DNA of 64,000 nucleotides from Nemertoderma westbladi (GCA_032718475.1 JAUCBJ010005760.1:20450-84449), one strand, 5' to 3'; positions 12,701 to 23,998 are shown, counted from the stretch's first letter. Notes: generated from the sequence alone by a model not told the origin. Program-made: numbers and translations.

Positions 12701-13661
12701 GATGGCGCCACTACCGGCGAGTAGAGTAAGACAGCACGACCCGCCATTTACGCATTGCGGTGTGGACATGTTCGGGCCGATAAAGATCAAGGTGATGCGG
12801 CACACGGAGAAACGCTACGGTATCATCTTCGTATGTAACAACACGCGGGCGGTAGGGATAGAACTCGCCCAAGATGCAACCGCATCAGCATTCATTAATG
12901 CCTTAGAAAGGTTTAGAGACCGCAAAGGTGGGACGATCGCAGTGATATACAGCGACAACGGCACCACTTTTGTGGGGGCAGAGAACGAGATGGCAGAGGC
13001 CTTGGATATCCTGGAAGGAGAGGAAGTCAGGGCGGCCATGAGACGACGACAAGTAAAGTGGGAGAGAAGGACGCCGTATGCACCACATACGCTAGGATGC
13101 GTCGAGAGACTGGTGGGCAGCTCAAAGCGTCTTATGACGAAGCTGATGAACACCCACATGGTCACTGAGGACGTCCTGCGAACAGTATTGGCGAAGTGTG
13201 AGGGTATCATTAATAGCAGACCGCTATATCCGGAGAATGATGACCCTGAGTCACTAGACGTGCTGACGCCTAGCCATTTTCTAATGGAAAGGCCAGCGAC
13301 CATCGATATGCGGGGTGTAGATCCAGACGACATACACTCCCGCCAGAGTTGGAAAGTCGCTAAAGCAATAAGCGCCGAGTATTGGAGGAGGTGGGTCGAA
13401 GAATACCTGCCCACGCTCCATAAAAGAAGCAAGTGGAGGAAGCCGAATAGGGAGTTAAGAGAGGGAGATCTCGTAATCGTTACGGATGATACTATCATCA
13501 ACAACCAATGGCGGTTGGCGAGAGTTGTAGGCACTTACTCCGACGAGGACGGAAGAGTCCGATCGGCAGAAGTGCGGATAGGTGGTAAGATAGGTGCGAA
13601 AGACAGGAAAACCTACAGGAGAGCTGTAGGGAAATGCTGTCTGTTAGAAGGGGCACCTTAG
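9744..13661 (+). CDS. pol: BEL/Pao pol polyprotein (aspartic protease, RT, RNase H/peptidase A17, integrase)
   Basis: 1305-aa uninterrupted ORF: LVDSGA protease, FYVDD RT, FSDAS...PKLEL...WTDS RNase H, H-x3-H...CQTC zinc finger, DMFGP...SDNG...ERLV integrase, C-terminal W...YLPTL..RSKW motif. Confidence 0.96.
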   Translation: MLVDSGAAFTLVEEWVAEEIGLRTRPSRMAVTTISSKDEILEMRTGRCAIAAVAPGCDYGATIDPIQVIESININARWPTNIEVEQYKFLDDIDFSIPDVDVRKVSIIVGMDCPTAHERMQTVFGEDKQCDPVAILTPFGWTLSGPIKSKIPFRMSETSGCMFAGTMQEMGDEGAEEQLKRLLRQDFEGLKETGVGTSVEDKQALQSVEESMTCDEGRYTIGMVWKLPKIPLPDNRGMVLTRLRKLKQTLKRSPEKNEYIHRTIKKYVEKGWAVELPVDEPNTDRTYYLPLHVALDPKKGKLRMVVDASAKTNGKCLNDYLLEGPNIYNSGIEVLLRFRNGKHAFTCDIEGMFNQVRVTEEDSDSQRFLWYNGEEEPPIIPAYKMVVQNMGAKSSSFTTTMAVRDTVKGKEDRYSTRAVDMIRRGFYVDDGMESGNTVKEILDTGREVRDILKGSGFNLTKFQSSSEEFIKAIEDKRPESTMDNPTTAKGQDMANKRTESQQKALGIVWNRETDELKYQLSQEGADIHTKRGYVSYTARIYDPLGLASPLLVTGKQILKRVYKLKDEWDVEVPEEIKKQWSKWTGDLEKMGTYNMPRVYFPDGNMTNLDLHMFSDASLEAYGAALYLVQREGAHKPRLAFSKAKSTPPDSASVPKLELTAARLGVRATAYLVDTIPNIVETHYWTDSMVVLGWLHNERTRYPIFVANRVDEIRATTELERWHYCPTDENPADLLSRGVVRHTFLKKEVLWQHGPQFLSDKEAWLPMRKVDPGSEIVSEGEEGDSEGEEIYSQMVREIRDVQPKQELCDNPTDKLLSYSSSWYKAKKLVAYWRAFGNFLAGLGKDKKIRTSIDLEGVAKAVIRYEQRKDYGDEVERVGNQQHLRRDSELITLSPQLNDDGILVMNSRVGYNNSIIVPPKPIIIPTGSPIVHQIIWDSHKSILHGGTNRTLTEIRRTFWVKQLRKKVKAVVGQCQTCRRAKKERAIQEMAPLPASRVRQHDPPFTHCGVDMFGPIKIKVMRHTEKRYGIIFVCNNTRAVGIELAQDATASAFINALERFRDRKGGTIAVIYSDNGTTFVGAENEMAEALDILEGEEVRAAMRRRQVKWERRTPYAPHTLGCVERLVGSSKRLMTKLMNTHMVTEDVLRTVLAKCEGIINSRPLYPENDDPESLDVLTPSHFLMERPATIDMRGVDPDDIHSRQSWKVAKAISAEYWRRWVEEYLPTLHKRSKWRKPNRELREGDLVIVTDDTIINNQWRLARVVGTYSDEDGRVRSAEVRIGGKIGAKDRKTYRRAVGKCCLLEGAP

Positions 13662-13839
13662 TGGAGTTAGTATAGAGTTTAGTCATCCAAGTTTTGGACT
13701 GAGGGGGGTGGGATTGAGGGCGAGACGCCCTTCCCACACACAAAAAAAAAAATAAAATAGAATAAAATAAAGTAGTAGTACTAGTAATAGTACACAGTAG
13801 GTACGTAATTAGTAGGCAGAAGTTAGTCAGTAAGAAGGT

Positions 13840-14310
13840 ACATAGTACCTAGAGTTAGTTAGCTAGTTAGGAGGTACGTAGTACCTAGAGTTAGTTAGCT
13901 AATTAGGAGGTACGTAGTACCGTTAGTTAGAGAGTTAGAGGGTACGTAGTACCATTAGTTAGAAAGTTAGAGGGTACGTAGTACCGTTAGGTAGGGAGTT
14001 AGAGGGTACGTAGTACCGTTAGTTAGAGAGTTAGAGGGTATGTAGTACCGTTAGGTAGGGAGTTAGAGGGTACGTAGTACCGTTAGTTAGAGAGTTAGAG
14101 GGTACGTAGTACCGTTAGTTAGAGGGTACGTAGTACCGTCAGGTAGGGAGTTAGAGGGTACGTAGTACCGTTAGTTAGAGAAGAGTTAGGGGGTACGTAG
14201 TACCGCTAGTTAGAGAGTTAGAGGGTACGTAGTACCGTTAGTTAGAGAGAGAGTAAGAGTTAGAGGGTACGTAGTACCGTTAGTTAGAGAGAGAGTAAGA
14301 GGTAGAAGGG
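13840..14310 (+). repeat. ~32-bp tandem array between pol and ORF3
   Basis: About 13-14 copies of AGAGTTAGAGGGTACGTAGTACCGTTAGTTAG with length variants. Confidence 0.93.
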
Positions 14311-14748
14311 TATATAAGATATAGATATTAGTTAGCAGTTAGTAGCGAGAGGGGGGCATATGAGTACAGCTGGGTAAATCGTGTGGCCACGCGACGCATT
14401 CTGCTGTACTGCACAGGCCCACAGAGTAGGCCAGAATGTGGATTAGAGAATAGAATAATCCATAGGCAATAGTAAGTAGTAGGACAGTAGAATTAGAACT
14501 AAACAAAATAAATAGAATAGGGCTGAAAGTTACAAATTATGGCAACACTAGGAAAGTTATTCTGGAACATAATAAAAGTAACTGACAGAAATTGAAATTA
14601 GGGTGTATTTACTAGCTTCAGGATTAATTAGTAATAATTTAGGCTAAAAGGCGCAGTTGAGTAAGGAATAGGCCATTATCGGACCGTACAGAACATCTTA
14701 GATACATCACTCATCTGTATTGCGCCTTGGTAAGGCACCACCTTACAG

Positions 14749-17316
14749 GTGAGCGAGTGCGTGTTCGGAATGGCGAGCAAATTGATCAGAAAGAGAAAGG
14801 CGGAGTCAGGAGGAAAGGAGATACTGGTGGATTTCACCGAGAGGCATCCGGAAGAGAAGACGAGAGGATACTACGAGAGGTTGGAAAAGGGTCACGCGGC
14901 ACGAGCGCTGCAGGATCACTTCCGGGAGATGCACGAACAGCGGCTGGTCGGGACCTACGGGACGCCGTCGCTGGACAACGCGATCTTCCAACACTTCCAC
15001 TACGTGGTGAAAGGGGACGAGGCGAAGTTCGGGATTCCGAAGTACCCGAGGGAATCACCGAGGAAGGATTGGAAGAGATTCATAGAGTCCGTCAACAGGG
15101 GAGGATATATGATCCTAGACGACGAGGGAACCGTGGAAGACGAGGAGGGTTCGAGACGAGGATCAGCGGGGTCGGCCAGGACCATACTCCTACATTTGGC
15201 CGCGCCAAATGGGGACATTTTCTTATTCGATCTAGGAACGTATGGGAAGAAGGACGGGCCGAAATTAAACCGGTTGCCGAAAGCGGTACAAGTCTTGGTA
15301 AGAGAGAAGTCGACGACGAAAGTGGGATCGGCGATTCGCGAGGACGCGGAGAGAATCATCGGTCCGGACGCCACCAACCTCCTGGATATGCAGAAGGTCT
15401 TCATGGCTATGACGGCACCGGATGGGTTGGGGGTAGTCGGGAACACAGGCCAATGCGGGGCGGTGGCAATGGGCCAACTATTGGGGCTCGTATGCCACAA
15501 ACCGATGGACTGGGGGAAGTTCAGGGAGGAATACGGAGCAGAACTAGCGAACTCGCTAAAGTGGGGAGCGAGACCGGGAAAGCAAGAGGTATATCAATTC
15601 CGCAGAGGAGCGATAAAGGTATATCAGAAGCGATATATCCTGCAGGAAGATTGGATGATGATAAGTTTGCTTAACTTATTCATGACCGTGGTTATCGAGA
15701 GGGAACCAGCGGCATTTCTGTTATCGGGATCACCCCTAAGCTACAGGAGAGCCTTTAAAATGGCCTTCGACGGTCTGGTAGACCACCCGGGGCTGAAGGG
15801 CGAGTCGGTGTACTACAACAGCCGACATCTGATAGACGGGGAGACAGATACGCCGTATCAGAGATGGGAGCAGCTAGAGACGGATAGACGAGAAGCAAAG
15901 CGACTGGAAGAAGTCGCTAGACGGGAGAGGATAGAAGCAGAGGAGAGGGAAGAGGAGGCCAGGACGCAGAGTTACGGCTTCGAGGAACAGGCAGGCTTAG
16001 ACGAACTTCGTTGGACTTCGTCAGGGAGTTCGGGGGAGTCTCTAGGGCGAGAATTGGGATGGACGGTGGGATCGCCGAAACAGTCGACGTCGGGGTTGCA
16101 AGCGATGCCCATACCAGCGGGCGCCGAAGGCGACCAACCGCCAAGGAAGTTAAGGGAGCTAGAGGGATGGAGAGCTACGGGCGAGAGCCAAGGCGGGAAG
16201 GGACATAGTGGATCCATCGGGATACCGGGGTTGGAGCCACTGCCAGAGGAGGAGGAGGACGACGACGAGTTCGGAGGGGTGCCGCCCATCGAGAGGATTG
16301 GCCACTCGGACACGGACTGGGTTGGCGGGAGGGTGGTGACGGCCAGTGGGGCGAGGGCCTTCTGGGACAGATCCGGCAAGCGGACCTGGGTGCACGAGGA
16401 GCCGGCGATGGATTTCGCGGGGAGCACTATCAGGTTGGGCGAGCAACCGGGGACGGCACCACGGGTAGTATTCGGGGAGACGATGCCCGAGAGGGGCGGA
16501 GAGATCGACGTAGACAGGGACACCAACGTGCAGAAGTTCGCCTACCAGCGACTCCACAGACCGCGGAGATCGCTTGGGACAAAAGACGACGTGGGGCGGG
16601 AGACATTGGTACTCGGTTGCGACTACTGTGGGAGACAGACCCACCAGGAAAGGAGCTGTTTGTACCGGTTCCAAAAGGGAACCTTTTGTCTCTACTGCCG
16701 CGAGTCGAGCCACAGGATGGGGGCATGTCCACGGTTGCATAACCAATGTCCGAAGTGCAACTTTCGGGGACACTACGGACGCCAGTGCGACTGGATGGAC
16801 GACGAAGAGAAGTTCAGAAGATTCGAGGAGTGGGCCGACGTCGGGGCCATGACGCGCCAGCGCATGAAGGCCCAGGAGTTCAAGTGGGGTTTCTTCCTTA
16901 TCAATCAGGAGGCTCACATGGAAATCATAAAGCGGAGGCTACCGTTTACCTATCAAGAGGTAGCAACGGCGGCGTCGTATGCCGGAGTGATGAATACACA
17001 AAGATATTTGGACAGGTGGACGCCACAGAACCGAGGGGAGTTTAGGGATTTCTTGGCGGAGCACGTGCCGCGAGCAATGAAGATGATCCTATGGGACGCC
17101 ACCAGAGGGAGACAACAGGGCCACTCTGAGGGGCCACCGGCGAAGCGATATCGGGCACTAATAACACCAGCGCCCAAGGAGCCAACAACCGGAATCAGTA
17201 GGGAGGTGGTGGCGAAAGTCCGAAGGCAGAAAGCGGATCCCAGAGGAGTGGTAGTAACCAAGAAACGACCCAGGGAAGAGGACGCCAGAGGGAACTATCT
17301 CCGGAGGGACAAATAG
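14749..17316 (+). CDS. Extra ORF3: DEDD-family (RNase D/WRN/EXD-like) 3'-5' exonuclease domain plus three CCHC zinc knuckles
   Basis: 855-aa open frame (first ATG at 14770). ExoI-like ILDDEG (15112-15129), LLHLAAPNGDIFLFDL, LP...LV...TKVGSAIREDAERI (ExoII-like), NLLDMQ, W...QKRYILQED (ExoIII-like). Knuckles CDYCGRQTHQERSC, CLYCRESSHRMGAC, CPKCNFRGHYGRQC. Confidence 0.85.
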   Translation: MSECVFGMASKLIRKRKAESGGKEILVDFTERHPEEKTRGYYERLEKGHAARALQDHFREMHEQRLVGTYGTPSLDNAIFQHFHYVVKGDEAKFGIPKYPRESPRKDWKRFIESVNRGGYMILDDEGTVEDEEGSRRGSAGSARTILLHLAAPNGDIFLFDLGTYGKKDGPKLNRLPKAVQVLVREKSTTKVGSAIREDAERIIGPDATNLLDMQKVFMAMTAPDGLGVVGNTGQCGAVAMGQLLGLVCHKPMDWGKFREEYGAELANSLKWGARPGKQEVYQFRRGAIKVYQKRYILQEDWMMISLLNLFMTVVIEREPAAFLLSGSPLSYRRAFKMAFDGLVDHPGLKGESVYYNSRHLIDGETDTPYQRWEQLETDRREAKRLEEVARRERIEAEEREEEARTQSYGFEEQAGLDELRWTSSGSSGESLGRELGWTVGSPKQSTSGLQAMPIPAGAEGDQPPRKLRELEGWRATGESQGGKGHSGSIGIPGLEPLPEEEEDDDEFGGVPPIERIGHSDTDWVGGRVVTASGARAFWDRSGKRTWVHEEPAMDFAGSTIRLGEQPGTAPRVVFGETMPERGGEIDVDRDTNVQKFAYQRLHRPRRSLGTKDDVGRETLVLGCDYCGRQTHQERSCLYRFQKGTFCLYCRESSHRMGACPRLHNQCPKCNFRGHYGRQCDWMDDEEKFRRFEEWADVGAMTRQRMKAQEFKWGFFLINQEAHMEIIKRRLPFTYQEVATAASYAGVMNTQRYLDRWTPQNRGEFRDFLAEHVPRAMKMILWDATRGRQQGHSEGPPAKRYRALITPAPKEPTTGISREVVAKVRRQKADPRGVVVTKKRPREEDARGNYLRRDK

Positions 17317-18024
17317 GTTCCCAGGGCCGGGGGAGAGAAACTGAGACTTGAACGTGGTACGCCTGGAAGGCGCCGCGTGGGGCGTACGAACTATTAAGTA
17401 CAAATTAAACTGATGCAAAATAATAAATAAGTGCAATTATATGTACGTACGTAGTAATCAGTAGTTTAGCAATAAAATATATGTTCGAAGTAAGTACTAT
17501 AGTCATACAACCTTTCTCAATTAGCTACTGGGACTGGGAGGCTAACTGACTATGGCACTAGGGACGAGACGCCAGACGATTTCACACTTCTTGAGTGCGA
17601 CGGCACAAGAGGGGGGGGTGAGACTCGTCAGAAGGGATGAGGTAGCCAAAGAGGGACGGAGTAATAGTGCGAAGTGCGGAGAGAGTGCGGATGCAATTCT
17701 AGTGTGGGGGGGGGGGAGGAATGAGAGGCTGAGTGAGGGACGAGGAGGTCCGAGGGTATGCGAGAGTTAGGGTGAGAGTGGAGAAGAGATAGGGCGAAAG
17801 TGTTGGGGAAACGAAAGTCGCGTGAGAGGTGAGCACGATCGGCCCGACATGGGACGCCAGGCATACAGGGTAGCGTTATCATACCCATAGGGAGCGGCCT
17901 GGAAAGCCGGCTCCGAGAGAAAAGAATTCCACCCCACACCCGATACTAGACCGGGATCCAGCGGGATTGTAGCGCACTTTAGGTGGATGCTATCTTCTCA
18001 CCGGGAAGATAGCATGGGGGGGAG

Positions 18025-18563
18025 TGTTAGCTTATTCAATCCCGCTAACCCAAACCCTAAAGTAAGCCGGTAAGCAATATTGGGGGCCACGAAATTGGAT
18101 AATCAATCACTCGTGTCACCACAACAAAATGGGAAGGAGAAACACACAATGAGGGTCAGGGGCCAAACCCCTAACAGAGAGAGAACAGGTGGAGTGAACG
18201 GGAACACTCCAAAGGGCGCCAACAAGGGTATCAACCAATCAGAGGGGGGAAAGGCATCGATTAGGTAGAGTAACAAGGCCAACCCGTGCAATATAGCCAG
18301 TTGGCAGTAATCATTTTACGCAGTTATCTCAGTATCATATTGGTGCTAGTTAGGTTAGTTAGTTTAGCTAGGGAAGGACCGGGACTTTAATTACCGTTTC
18401 CCGCCTTCCGTGTACGACATCATATCACCTATATCTATATCTATATCTTATACCTGAACATTATTCGCGACAAACAACGTAAACCCTTTCACTCTTCACA
18501 CACGGCGGGGACGCGTGAATTAACAAACCGGATAAATCGGGATCCTCCCTGGATCCCGTCACA
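18025..18563 (+). repeat. 3' LTR of element 1
   Basis: Copy of 4428-4966, preceded by PPT GGGGGGGAG (18016-18024) and followed by TSD ACTTA. Confidence 0.96.
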
Positions 18564-21499
18564 ACTTACATATACTCAAACTGGTTAAAACTGACATTTC
18601 GGTTCAAGAATGACATCTCGCGCTAGGATGACTTCAGGCACTGCTGACGCATTTTACAAGAACAGCGCCCCATAGGTTGCGATTAGGTACACCTAATTCA
18701 GCATTGTCAGAGTTAAACTTCGTTATTTGGCAATCTTACCTGTATCAGATTTAATGGATCGAATATCGCACATCAAATTTTAAATGGCTAAAGTTCATTA
18801 CCACTGGGAGAGCACCTTTATATTTAAGGCCCATGGCCATGACGAAATATGTACAGTAGCTGGAAGTGGCTCCTGCCAATATTTAAATTGGGTGCTTCTG
18901 TGTTGAAATGGGATTACAGCTATGAGGGTAATGAATCAAATGTAATCTTGGAGTCAGGAGAGTTGGAGGTCAGGTAAAATATGAAAAAGGCAGCAAATCA
19001 GAGAAGCCTATATGAATGCCAGTTTACAGCTTAATAGCTGAAAAACCCACCAGGATGGATGGGCGGGGTGAAGGGAGTAAAGGGGGGGGGGGGGGGGGGG
19101 AGGGGCTTCTATAAAACATTCCTCTATACACCATTTCCTGGAATATAGGGTCGTGATTCAGTGAACTCCCCCCCCCCCCCCCCCCCCACCCCCCTCCAAA
19201 GAAAATTTTTTTTTTTTCTACAAGTCTTAATGATATTGCATGGAATCTGAAACAGAGTTAGTTCCTCCTCCTTGTGGGTGAACCAGAATTTTTACTTTCG
19301 CTTTCAATCTCTATCTACAAAGGTTTGAAAAAGTGTATCCAACAATTTTGCACCAGTCGTATGGCAATTTTTCTTCGACCTTATAGTAATTTGTTGGTAG
19401 CAACATGGAAAGCTGGCCGTGCAGGATTGTGTAACTCATGTATCCTTCGTGCTGCGCGAAGTCCTTTTCAACACGTTGGCTGTTGAATAACAATAATTGG
19501 TATAACCCTACAATACTTCAATAATAATAGCGGTTTGCCGTGTACAACCCTGAACGACAATCCAACTTTCTCGTCCTCGGTTTGTGTAATTGGTTGTTAT
19601 TTTCACAAGTCGAACAAACATGTTACTATTAATGTTACACTTAGTAAAGGTAGAGTGTCGCACTTATTACGCTAACTAGATACAATGTAGCAAAATCTGC
19701 ACGAATAAGCAGTAGGCTGCCTTACAGAAGAAAAAAACATAGAAAGAAAATAATATTGGATTAACACTAGAATCTTCATTTTAAGATGACACTTACTTAT
19801 ATCTGTATCTGCACATCACCATTTAAATTCACTTCAAAACATATACTCCATGCACGTAGGCCCAATTGTATACGATGTTAAACGCCGTTAGTAAGTAAAA
19901 TAAGTATAACTCAATTATTACATGGGGAAAAAAATATTCATTTTGACCCGCCAACCTTACCAATAATATATATATTAATATGCCCAGCAATTGCAGAGAA
20001 TGAGCTCAATTACACATCATTGGGTCATAAGGGAAAAATGTATGTACAGTATGTAATATGTAGTTTTATTCGGTTTGCCACTAATTGACTCTCCACCTCC
20101 CGTTATTCGTACCCACCACAGATAAAGAGAACCGCATTAAGGGCCTTTCGTAATATCCAGTCCATCCCGATAAATTGATTAATCTCTCTAATAAGGAGGT
20201 TAACTACAAGGAGTTGGATGTTTTGCAATTTCATTAGAAAGTCGAAATATTGAACGAAGTTGAATTCTATCAGTTTACTTTCTGTAAAATAATATTATAA
20301 TCTATCTATATTTATACATGCCATATATTTTAACGAAATTAGCGCATTTTTAGGAAAATATGTGGCTGGCCACGAGAAAAGGGACCTTATGTCACCGGAG
20401 GTCGATTTTGAGTTATTAGGTCTATGAGATGCCGAATTTTCCAGAGATTTTAACAAAAAAAACGGTGTCTCAATATCTATTTCCAAAAAAAAGTTATAGC
20501 GATATATGTGAAGGTGAATCGTAGCAAAAAAAATTTTATCACCGGAAATAATTTCATTTCATCGGAAATAATTCGTTGAAAAATGGCAACTATATGGAAT
20601 AAATTTATAATTTGCTTTTCAAAATTTTTCCAAGAATTTTGAAAAATCGTGATTTACTAAAACAAGAATAAGCGTATTATATTATGAGTATCGGTACTAA
20701 ACATTTATTTAATGTTTCATATTCACAAATTTCATCCGTTCTTCATAAAAAAAGGGTGAATAACCTCAATTTAATTGGACTAGTGTTGTTATCAGCCTTG
20801 AATATAATTTATCACGAATGTTTTGTCATATGTACCACGAATTCCAACACTTGGTAAGGTTTCTTGTCGGAAACAACGCACTTCGATCTATAATTGTATT
20901 GCCACAACGTATTGAGTATTTAATGTTAAAGCAACGTTAGAGTCTTATGTCTCGTACGATTCGGCGAGTCGTACGAGACATGGAGACATACATTAGAGTA
21001 CCTACCTACTGTACCTCTATTTCATGGGAGATGACTGGTATATTGAACTCTGGTGGATGGTCAGCTCAGGTAAAACGAATGCATTCCCAACTATATAGTT
21101 ATGTACATACACAGCACACAGCATTAGAGTGGAAGAGGGCGCCCCCCTACTGTGGTCAATTAGGCTCCCTTTTCCAAGTAACAACTCAATATTTATAGAC
21201 TGACTACTGCTAAAGAAAATCTGGGAAAATTGGAAAATCTGAAAATTTGGTAATGATTGAATGAGGCAGGGTAAAGAACAGGTGTAGATGGAGATAAAAT
21301 TGGATGGAGATATGGATGTCTCCATATCTGGTCTGGCGGGCTGGCACTAATGTAACTTCAACACAGTTTGCATTGCTTGACGCCTGAGGGGACTTTTTCA
21401 ATATAGAACAATACTGGTATGTGGTCCTACAAACGTTTACTACCCCCCCCCCCCCCCTCATCATCCTCTCCAACCCTCTTATATTAGTGATGTGCTTGC

Positions 21500-23200
21500 T
21501 AACTGAGGGTTACGCAACCACCACCAACCACCAAGGTTAAGGCTGAATCACCAGCCGATCGCCTCAATAATGGTTGGAAAGCCCACTTTGAAAAGCTCCT
21601 CAATAATGACAGGGTATTGCCTGATAACTTTATAGAAGTAAAAGTGTCTGAGTCTGTACTCCCAGATATTCCCATTGGCGATATCTCGTTTGCAGAAGTG
21701 AAGGCTGCTGCAAAGAGCATTAAGACCAATCGTGCCAGTGGAGTAGATGGTGTTCCCCCTGAGGTCTTTAAAATACCTGAGTGTTTAAAGCTCATCTATC
21801 CCATCATAGTAGACATGTACCGAACAACAAGAGTCCCACAAGAAATGAAAACAAATAAGTTGGTGCCAGTTCCCAAGAAGGGCAACCTAACACTCTATGG
21901 TTCTTTTCGGGGAATCTCATTGATCTCGATTGCTGCAAAGCTATACAATAGGATTCTATTAAATCGCATCAGGGATCCCATTGAGAGACTGCTCCGTGGA
22001 AATCAGAATGGAATCCGTAAAGGTCGTGGGACCATGGAGCCCATTTTGGCACTTAGAAGGATAATTGAAGAGTTATCAAAAAAGAAAGACAGGCATCTGG
22101 CTGTTATCTTTGTTGACTTCTTCAAGGCCTTTGATTCAGTCTCTCGCTCACGTATGTTCAGCATACTTTCATTATATGGGATTCCTGATGAAATTATTGC
22201 AGCAATCAGATCAGTATACGATGGTTCGACAACATTTGTGTCTACTGTTGACGGTGACACAGAACCATTTGAAGTGTTATGGGGCGTCCTCCAAGGAGAC
22301 ACAATTGCACCATTCTTGTTCATTATTGTGGTTGACTATGTTCTACGCATGTCCTTAGATCATTATAATGATGATGGGGTGATGATAACTCCACCTACTG
22401 GCTCCAGAAGTCGAGGAAATCCTGCCAAGTACCTAACTAATCTAGACTTTGCTGATGACTTAGGAGTACTCTCAGAATCATTAGAGGGAGCCCAACGGCT
22501 CCTCAGCTCATTAGAACATGCTGCTTCTAATGTTGGTCTTTTTATTAACTCCAGAAAGACCAAAATTTTGACAGTTAACTGAGAAAGTCTACAGCAAGTC
22601 TATGACAGATGAACAAGTTCAAAGGATGGTATGCTTGAGCATGTGGACGACTTCTGTTACCTGGGATCATAGATCCGGAAGTCAGGTGAGGACCTTCGAA
22701 TACGTAAGGGAAAGGCATGGGCAGCCTTGAATAGGCTTTCCAGGATTTGGAAGTCACATAGAATTAGTCGGAAACTTAAGAACTGATTATTTAGAGCAGC
22801 AGTAGTTCCAGGACTCCTCTTTGGGAATCCATGCTGGGCTTTAACTGCTGAGGACACCCAATCTCTAGATGGCACAATCAAAAAAATGCTACGCCGGGTT
22901 CACTGTGCCAAGTACATTGCACACATCTCCATTCAGACACTACATAACATTGGAGGTGTCGCATTGGTTCCCCCAAGCTTGACACTAGAACAAAGCCGCC
23001 TCCGCTTTGTAGGACATTGCTTTCGCCGTGACGACCAGCCAGTGCATAATCTTGTGCTTTGGCAGCCGCATTGAGTGAATAAGCATGGTGAACAAATGTC
23101 ATGGGTGATAGGGAGTTGTGGCGGCGCGATTTTGTCGACAGGGCGTCACAGCATTCTTGAAAATGCAGCAGCAATGCAGCATGCCGATCCTAGTAGTAGT
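21500..23200 (+). mobile_element. 5'-truncated, decayed non-LTR retrotransposon (RTE-like)
   Basis: RT ORF 21617-22582 with PVPKKG, FRGISL, DFFKAFDSV, GVLQGD, LDFADD. Frameshifted C-terminus (YLGS, RLRFVGHCFR). Short (TAG)n tail near 23190. Confidence 0.9.
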
Positions 23201-23998
23201 GCTAGTTAGTCTGAGATATTATGATGACAAAACATATTAATCTAAGACATGGTAGTAAAACTGCTCCCATAAAATGCTTGTATTTATGGATGCGCGTTAT
23301 TTTTACTCAATTAAACTTCAATGTCTTTCGTGTAACCAATTTACCCGTGATGTTATACGGCTGATATATAGTAAGTAAGTAGCTTTGCCGCATAAGTTTA
23401 TAAGGTAAGGAGTACATTAAAAATTGATGTTGTCTTACGAAATCGAAACTTAATTTGAGCTTAAAGACGTAAGTTTGAAAGTTAAATAGGTTGCATGTAG
23501 TATATAGGCCTGCATCCTGAATGTCTGATTAGCATTTAGTAGATGGGCAGGTATTCTAGTCGCGGTGGGAATACACAACACAGGCTCAAAAACCACAAAG
23601 GCACAAAGGAAAAAATTAATTATTCCCACAAACATCACATGTATAGATAGAATAGACTCTTTGTCGAAATGTACCTCCCTGTACAACTGTTGCCCCCCCC
23701 CCCCCCCCCCCCCCCGTCCTCCCGTACGCTAGCCCTCCGGACAGTAGCCCACACATACAAACTGAATAGTTTTCATTAAATAATGCGTCAAAAAACATGT
23801 CAAAAAACATTACAATTATATCGGTTTACATCTAAATAATATGTATACCAAAACACTTTCGATATTACTAATATTTTAGATATAAATCCGGAAGGGGTAA
23901 ATTCAATTTCCATATTTTTATTAGACACTTTTAATTTCAGGTTGAAGTTATATTGCATCAAATGATCAATTCGCCGAATTAGATAAATAATTGTTATT

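Larger units (their letters stand above)
4428..18563 (+). mobile_element. Full-length BEL/Pao LTR retrotransposon (element 1) with extra 3' ORF
   Basis: Two 539-bp TGT...ACA LTRs; 5-bp TSD ACTTA at 4423-4427 and 18564-18568; G-rich PPT before the 3' LTR; gag, PR-RT-RH-IN order with BEL/Pao motifs (TPFGW, FYVDD, FSDAS, PKLEL, YWTDS, NPADLLSRG, DMFGP). Confidence 0.97.

Noticed and set aside
9917-13534. Long antisense ORFs over pol (also over the other pol genes)
   Set aside because: Typical shadow ORFs on the opposite strand of long coding regions; no motifs.
13840-14310. CRISPR-like appearance (palindromic ~32-bp repeats upstream of a nuclease ORF)
   Set aside because: Units are directly tandem with no unique spacers, in a eukaryotic retrotransposon with no cas genes.
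14727-15674. 315-aa overlapping ORF in an alternative frame of ORF3
   Set aside because: G/R-rich with no domain motifs; expected from purine-biased, stop-poor sequence.
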